Shown here: positions 58,471 to 64,000 of the stretch, piece after piece
Position numbering within the stretch: the first letter of the stretch is position 1
Layout: the number at the start of each line of letters is the position of its first letter
Source: an uncultured Acidobacteriota bacterium
GTDB taxonomy: Bacteria > Acidobacteriota > Thermoanaerobaculia > Multivoradales > JAHEKO01
Assembly: GCA_963713825.1 (NCBI GenBank)
Contig: CAVQNG010000003.1
Span: forward strand, 1,536,001 to 1,600,000
Length of the DNA: 64,000 bases
Direction: 5' to 3'
Program-made: the position numbers and the translations under genes
Notes under the pieces: generated by a model
What the model was told of the DNA's origin: nothing
Databases searched by the model: none
Seen by the model: the letters and a program-made list of their open reading frames with translations, nothing else

Positions 58471-61038
58471 TCAGGGATAGTAGCCGGGAACGGTCGTGGC
58501 CTCCAAGTCGGGCAGCGCAAGCTCGACCTCGACGCGGCGGAACTCGTCGCCCTGGCTATCGTTGGATTGGTAGGCCAACAGGTACTGGAACCGGAGCTCC
58601 TTCTCGATCGACTCGTAGATCGCCTCCAGCTCGCTGGCTCGACTGATGAAGAAGTAGCGTCCACCGGTGTCGGTGGCGATCCGCTGGAGTCGCATGCGAG
58701 CCTCCATCTCTCGACTGGCCCGTCCGAGGCCGATGCTGTAGATGGCAACACCGGAGCGCTTGGCGAACTCCAGGGTCTCGTCGAAACTGTAGCGGCTGGA
58801 AGAGTCCTCTCCGTCAGAAAGCACAATCAGTGCACGTTTCCCCTTGATTCCGGAGAAGTAGTGCAGCGCGAAAACCAGACTATCGAAGAGAGCTGTCTCG
58901 CCTTCGGCCTGCAGGTCCGCAAGCCCGCCGGCCAGCACCCGGTGGTTGCTGGTGAACGGCACCGCCAGTCTGGGCTCATCGTTGAACACCACCACAGCGG
59001 CCCGGTCTCTGGGCCTGACAGTACTCTCAAAGAACCGCAGCGCAGCCTCGACGGCCTCAGAAAGCTCCTCGACCATGGAGGTGGAGGTGTCCAGCAGGAC
59101 ACCGGCGTGAATCGGTAGGTCTCGGACCCGCTCGAAGCGGCGGATGGTCTGGGGCACGCCTGCCTCGAGAATCTGAAAGGCCTCGCTCCGCAGGCCCTCC
59201 ACTGGAGAGCCGGAGCGGTCGGAGACACTGGTGTAGAGCTCCACGAACTGGATCCGCAGGCGATCCATGTGATCCGGAGTGTTGATAAAGACCAGATCTT
59301 CCGACGAGTTGCCGTCCCGCAGGTAGGCGACGGCGCGAACATACGTGATGCGTTCCTGCTCGGGCAGTAGCAGAGGTTGGGCGTAGGGCGGTTGGAAGAG
59401 AGTCGCCAGGAGGTTGTTGTTGAGGTAGAGCTCGACTCGGTCGAGGACTTCGCCTCGAGGCACATCCACTTCGGCCAGAGCCTGAAGGCTGCTGACGAAC
59501 CGCTCTCCCTGTCGAGGCTGGATCAGGCGCACAGCGAAGCGGTGGGGACCGGCATTGATCGGCACGCGATCGCGAGCCAGTACGCCGCCGGCGTCATCGA
59601 AGGCCACCGCCTCCAGCCTGTGGAGCCGAGGTGAGGGCCCCAGATCGATCTCCACACTGTAGGGTGGGCGGGTTTTACTCATCACCGGTTGGCCGTTGAG
59701 GATGAATGTCACCTTGGCGATTGCCTCTCCCCTGGCGGTCGCTTCCACCCTGAGGCGATCCGTATGCAGCTCGTTGGAGGGAGTCAAGAGCTTGAGATCG
59801 TGATTTCCGGCGCTGAGTGCGGCATCGGCCTCTGCATACAGAATCCCGGTACGTTCCGACCCCTCGACGATCTGGGGCTCGGGCCCTGGTTTCGTGCCGT
59901 CCCGCGGCTGTGAGATGGCCAGTACCTGGATCTCTCGCTCATGGCGGGAGAAACGCTCGGAGTTTCGGTCCTGCACACGAAGGACGATCGTGTAGACCCG
60001 GGGTCGTAGGAATCGTTGGAAGACAAGCGGGATGAAGTCACCGGAGATCTCACCTGCTCGCAGCTCATATCGATAGCGAAAGCTCTCCAGGAGACGGTCA
60101 TCTCGAATGACTTCGCCGTCTACCTCGAATCGGTACCCCTGCTCGTCACCCATGTTGCTCGGAGTGGCCTCTGCGATCGGTATCGAGATCAGTCCCTGCA
60201 CGATCGTTTGGTGACGATGTCGGCCGGGATATTCGAGCTCGAGGGTCGTGGGCAGGGGATTCGTTGCGGAGGGCAGATCTGTCGAACGAGCGAGAAACTC
60301 GTCGGCCCACTGAGCGGAGGGCTGTGGAACGAGCTCGGAATCGGCTCTCAACTGATGCCAATCAGTGGCAATGGCCAGCGCGGCGAAGACCTCGGCACCA
60401 TCCCTACACTGACGGACCCAGGACGGCCTTCCGGATCGCTTCTCGAATGGCGAATCGACAGGTTGGCTCACGAGGGAGCCAAGGCCGTTCGTCGGCGCCC
60501 AGTGGACGAGGCTGCCGGGTGCTGCGGCAGACGTCTGTAGAAAGACCAGGGTAATGGGCTCGGGCAGCTGAGGGCTGGCGTTGAAGAGCCAGATCTCCAT
60601 GGGCTCGAGCTGCTGGGGACAGGGTCCCGTCAAGATCTGATGCGGTGGACCCGCTAGCAGCACCGTCTCGGCCCGATCATCTCTCCGGTCGGGAAAGCGC
60701 TCCTGCACGAGCTGCAGGCGCTGCTGCCAAACCTCGAGAAACTCGTTGTGGCTGGTCTCCTGAAATGGATCACGTTCGCCCCAAAATCGATCGATGAACG
60801 CCTGGCGTCGATAGTCGTGCTGCAGTGACCTGTAGACCGATGCCTCGAACGGGGTAATCAGAGAATCGACAGTGTCGAGCCAGGCGAGCGGATCGGGCGT
60901 CAGCTCATCGGCCGGTGGCAGATCGGCGGCTGCGGCTGAGCCGATTTGGACGGGGACCCAGACAGCGAGTAGAAGACAGAAGAACGCGGCAGCAGGTCCC
61001 GCTAGGTAGGCTGGAGACTCGACCCTGCCCTGTCGCAT
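58471..61038 (-). CDS. Exported GWxTD-like + Ig-like + VWA domain protein, paralog B
   Basis: Signal peptide; FIDRFWGERDP..N, DR...LLAGPP, EIW; two Ig-like repeats; MIDAS DTSTS..T..D. Confidence 0.8.
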   Translation of the reverse strand: MRQGRVESPAYLAGPAAAFFCLLLAVWVPVQIGSAAAADLPPADELTPDPLAWLDTVDSLITPFEASVYRSLQHDYRRQAFIDRFWGERDPFQETSHNEFLEVWQQRLQLVQERFPDRRDDRAETVLLAGPPHQILTGPCPQQLEPMEIWLFNASPQLPEPITLVFLQTSAAAPGSLVHWAPTNGLGSLVSQPVDSPFEKRSGRPSWVRQCRDGAEVFAALAIATDWHQLRADSELVPQPSAQWADEFLARSTDLPSATNPLPTTLELEYPGRHRHQTIVQGLISIPIAEATPSNMGDEQGYRFEVDGEVIRDDRLLESFRYRYELRAGEISGDFIPLVFQRFLRPRVYTIVLRVQDRNSERFSRHEREIQVLAISQPRDGTKPGPEPQIVEGSERTGILYAEADAALSAGNHDLKLLTPSNELHTDRLRVEATARGEAIAKVTFILNGQPVMSKTRPPYSVEIDLGPSPRLHRLEAVAFDDAGGVLARDRVPINAGPHRFAVRLIQPRQGERFVSSLQALAEVDVPRGEVLDRVELYLNNNLLATLFQPPYAQPLLLPEQERITYVRAVAYLRDGNSSEDLVFINTPDHMDRLRIQFVELYTSVSDRSGSPVEGLRSEAFQILEAGVPQTIRRFERVRDLPIHAGVLLDTSTSMVEELSEAVEAALRFFESTVRPRDRAAVVVFNDEPRLAVPFTSNHRVLAGGLADLQAEGETALFDSLVFALHYFSGIKGKRALIVLSDGEDSSSRYSFDETLEFAKRSGVAIYSIGLGRASREMEARMRLQRIATDTGGRYFFISRASELEAIYESIEKELRFQYLLAYQSNDSQGDEFRRVEVELALPDLEATTVPGYYP

Positions 61039-61041
61039 TCT

Positions 61042-63573
61042 CTAAGGATAATAGCCCCTCAGGGTCTTTGCCTCGAGATCCTTGCCGGTGACATCGACCT
61101 GGACGAAACGAAACTCGTCGTCCTCGGCGGTATTGGTGGATTGATAGGCGATGTAGTAGCGGGATCGAAGCTCTTCCTGGATCGCGCTGTAGATTGCTGG
61201 CAGCTCTTCCGCGGCATCGACAAAGAAGCTGCGGCCTCCGGTCTCCTCGGCCAGCCGGGTGAGCTTCTTCTTGGCATCGCCGCTCTTCCGGTTCAGACCG
61301 AGCCCAATCGAATAGATGGCGACACCGGCCCGCCTCGCATACTCCATCGTGTCCTCAGACGTGAACCGACTGTGCTCGTCCTTACCGTCCGACAGGATGA
61401 TCAGAGCCCTCTGGCCCTTGATGCCGTTGAAGTAGTAGAGCGAGAAGACGACACTGTCGAAGAGCGCCGTTCCTCGCTCGGCTTTGAGGCCGGCCAGGCC
61501 GCCTGCCAGATCGGCCACCTCGTTGGTGAACTTCACCGCCAAATTGGGGTGGTCGTTGAAGGTCATCAGGGCCGCGCGGTCCTTCGGTGTCAGGTTATCC
61601 TGGAAGAACTCCAGGGCTGCCCGCTGCGCCATGTCGAGGCTCTCTTCCATGGAGGCCGAAATGTCGAGGAGAATCGCTGCGTGGATCGGCAGGTTGGTGA
61701 CGCGATCGAAACGCCGGATCTCCTGCGCCGCCTCGTCTTCGAACACGGTGAAGGCGCCCTGTTCCAACCCCAGTACAGGGTGCTTTTCCTTGTCGAGCAC
61801 GGTGATGAAGAGCTCGACGAATTGGACCTCGAGATTCTCCATGTAGTCGGGAGCGTTGACGAAGACCGTATCCTCGACGTAGTTGCCATCGGGGCGGTAG
61901 GCGACCACTCGCACGTAGGCCAACTCCCCAGCGGAGTCGAGGAAGATGGGCTGCGACCAGGGCTCCTGGTAGAGGGTGGAAACGAGGGTTTCATTGAGAT
62001 AGAACTCGACTCGCTCGACGGCGCCGCCGTCCGGCACCTCGATCTGCGCTTCGGCTCTCAGGCTGCGTTCGTACTGCCGGTTGCTCCGAGGCTCGACCAG
62101 TCGAGCGTCGAAACGATGGGATCCGGCATTGATCTCTTTCTGATCGCGCGCCACCTCGACACCCTGATCATCACGGGCAATTGCGGTCAACGTCCTCATG
62201 CGCGGCAGTGAGCCGAGATCGAGCTCCACGGTGAATGGTGGCACTCGCTTGATCAGCTGTTCGTGTCCGTCGAGGATGAAATCGACCGAGCTGATGTCCT
62301 TGCCAGTGGTCATGGTGTCGATGCGCAGCATGCCCGTCTGATACCGACCACGTGGCGGGACGATTTTGATGGTGTTGTCACCGGACGAGATCGCGGCATT
62401 GGCCTCGGCCAGGAGACGGGCGGTTTCTGGATCGGAAGGTGCGGGAGGCCTCAGGTGCTCGACCCGCGGTACGTCGATGTGAAGCATGACCCGATGGCTT
62501 CTTTCGGCATTGAGGTCATCGACCCTCAGCGCCAGTTCGTACTCTCCTGGTCTCAGATAGCGCTCGAATACCAGGGGAATCGTCTCGGTCTTCAGCTGCG
62601 TGGCCGGCAAGTTGTATTGATAGCGAAAAGAATCGAAGAGTCGGTCATCGCGGATGATCTCACCCGTGGCGACGAAGTTGTAGGAGGCGCCGATGTCACT
62701 CAGCTCGGACACCTGGACGGCGGATTTGTCCACGGAGATGACGCCCTGGGTGACCGTGCGATTCTGATGCCGCCCCGGATACTCGATCGCGACCTCGACC
62801 GGGAAGGTCTCAGCATCGTCGGGCAGGTCCGTGGAATAGGCGTTGAACGCGGAGACCCACTCCCCGGTGGGGGACTCCGGGGTGTCCATCAACTCGGCCA
62901 GCATGGTCATGAATCCCATGGGTCCAACCTTGTTCATCAGGGAAAAGGCCGCTCTGAGCGCATCGATCTCGCTCTGGCGACACTGCTGAATGCTGGACCA
63001 CGGATCCGAGCCCGGGAATCTGATCAGTCCGCTCAGCCCCGCTCCCGGATAGAAGATCCGATAGGAGCCCAGCCCACCTTGCTGGTAGAAGATCAGCGCC
63101 ATCTCGCTACCCAGATTCTCGGCCCTTTGGTAGTACCAGACCTCGGCCGGCCAGAGCTCGATGCACTTGATGAGTATGCGAGCCGTGGGAATCCCGTTGA
63201 GCAGCAGAATGCGGGAGCGATCTTCAGTCAGATTGCCAAAGAGCGTCTTCGCCTCGCGGACCCGCGCCAGCCAGCGTTCCTGCAGCTCGTTACGAGGCGT
63301 TTGCGGGTAGGGGTCGCGGCTGCGCCAGAACCGCTCGATGAAGGCATCCCGCTGGTAGTCCTTCTCGAGCTCGAGGAATGCCTTGAGCTCGTCGTCACTG
63401 ATGAGAATCCGCACAGACTCGACCCAAAGCCGGTACTCCTCGGGCAGCGCCTCCACCTTGGCCTTGATTTCCTTCTTTTCGCCATCCTTGGCTCGTGCCG
63501 GACTCACGGAGGCCAGAAGGCCGAGGCCCAGACCGATGGCGAGGACGAAAAGGACGAGTCTGCGGTGCATCAT
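61042..63573 (-). CDS. Exported GWxTD-like + Ig-like + VWA domain protein, paralog A
   Basis: Signal peptide; RDAFIERFWRSRDP..N, DRSRILLLNGIP, EVWYY; Ig-like repeats; MIDAS DISAS..T..D. Confidence 0.82.
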   Translation of the reverse strand: MMHRRLVLFVLAIGLGLGLLASVSPARAKDGEKKEIKAKVEALPEEYRLWVESVRILISDDELKAFLELEKDYQRDAFIERFWRSRDPYPQTPRNELQERWLARVREAKTLFGNLTEDRSRILLLNGIPTARILIKCIELWPAEVWYYQRAENLGSEMALIFYQQGGLGSYRIFYPGAGLSGLIRFPGSDPWSSIQQCRQSEIDALRAAFSLMNKVGPMGFMTMLAELMDTPESPTGEWVSAFNAYSTDLPDDAETFPVEVAIEYPGRHQNRTVTQGVISVDKSAVQVSELSDIGASYNFVATGEIIRDDRLFDSFRYQYNLPATQLKTETIPLVFERYLRPGEYELALRVDDLNAERSHRVMLHIDVPRVEHLRPPAPSDPETARLLAEANAAISSGDNTIKIVPPRGRYQTGMLRIDTMTTGKDISSVDFILDGHEQLIKRVPPFTVELDLGSLPRMRTLTAIARDDQGVEVARDQKEINAGSHRFDARLVEPRSNRQYERSLRAEAQIEVPDGGAVERVEFYLNETLVSTLYQEPWSQPIFLDSAGELAYVRVVAYRPDGNYVEDTVFVNAPDYMENLEVQFVELFITVLDKEKHPVLGLEQGAFTVFEDEAAQEIRRFDRVTNLPIHAAILLDISASMEESLDMAQRAALEFFQDNLTPKDRAALMTFNDHPNLAVKFTNEVADLAGGLAGLKAERGTALFDSVVFSLYYFNGIKGQRALIILSDGKDEHSRFTSEDTMEYARRAGVAIYSIGLGLNRKSGDAKKKLTRLAEETGGRSFFVDAAEELPAIYSAIQEELRSRYYIAYQSTNTAEDDEFRFVQVDVTGKDLEAKTLRGYYP

Positions 63574-63718
63574 TGGCGAATCCTACGTCGCGACCCAATC
63601 ATGAACAAATCTCCAACGAGCCTCCGGAGCTAAGGCTCCGGTGGCGCGATGAAGCTCCTCTAGCGAGGTTCTGTTTGCAAAGTCGATGCCGGAGTGCCGC
63701 GATAGAATCGGCCATTCG

Positions 63719-64000
63719 ATGCCAGCGATCTATTTCGACCACAACGCGACGACGCCTCTGGACCCGCGGGTGAGAGCGGTCATGGAGCCGTGGCTGGGAG
63801 AGCAATACGGCAATCCGGCTTCCCTGCATGCCTTCGGGCAGGTGGCTCGTGATGCCACGGAGGTGGCACGGGAACAACTCGCGAGTCTGCTGGGAGCAAG
63901 GCCGGCCGAGCTGGTATTCACGGCATCCGGCACCGAAGCCAACAATGCCGTACTGCTCGGCCGCAGCTGGGAGGGAAATCTGGAGGGTCATTTGGTGGTC
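63719..64000 (+). CDS. Cysteine desulfurase (IscS/NifS type), truncated by the window end
   Basis: Not in the ORF track. Translates as MPAIYFDHNATTPLD...GNPASLH..G...VFTASGTEANN. Confidence 0.92.
   Translation, partial: MPAIYFDHNATTPLDPRVRAVMEPWLGEQYGNPASLHAFGQVARDATEVAREQLASLLGARPAELVFTASGTEANNAVLLGRSWEGNLEGHLVV

Overview
GC-rich bacterial chromosomal window, mostly housekeeping. The gene content (Oar-like TonB receptor, GWxTD/VWA proteins, cohesin-tailed secretin, Thermus/archaeal-like ArgRS) suggests Acidobacteriota, possibly Thermoanaerobaculia; this is an inference. In order it holds: a T2SS/type IV pilus-like operon (ATPase, PilMNOP-like proteins, lipoprotein secretin, three pilins) with dut; a TonB-dependent receptor behind a long structured leader; SDR, nth, YvlD-like and yqgE genes; tRNA-fMet; eno-ftsB; a cation/H+ antiporter; mfd with two PPIase chaperones; the dcw cluster mraZ..ftsZ without murB/ddl; a VanZ-like gene; an uncharacterised cluster (helical protein, SPFH, three Zn-ribbon paralogs, MoxR-like AAA+, TraB/Tiki-like protein); methyltransferase, PilZ, argS, macrodomain, apgM, eda, trmJ, maf; two tandem GWxTD-Ig-VWA paralogs; and the start of a cysteine desulfurase. 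The most unusual signal is non-coding. A dispersed modular repeat family sits at 4 of the 5 convergent gene junctions. Its ~165-nt core shows strand-specific G-U pairing and compensatory changes between copies, which makes it a candidate novel structured RNA or REP-like mobile element. All family assignments come from motif recognition by eye, not from database searches.
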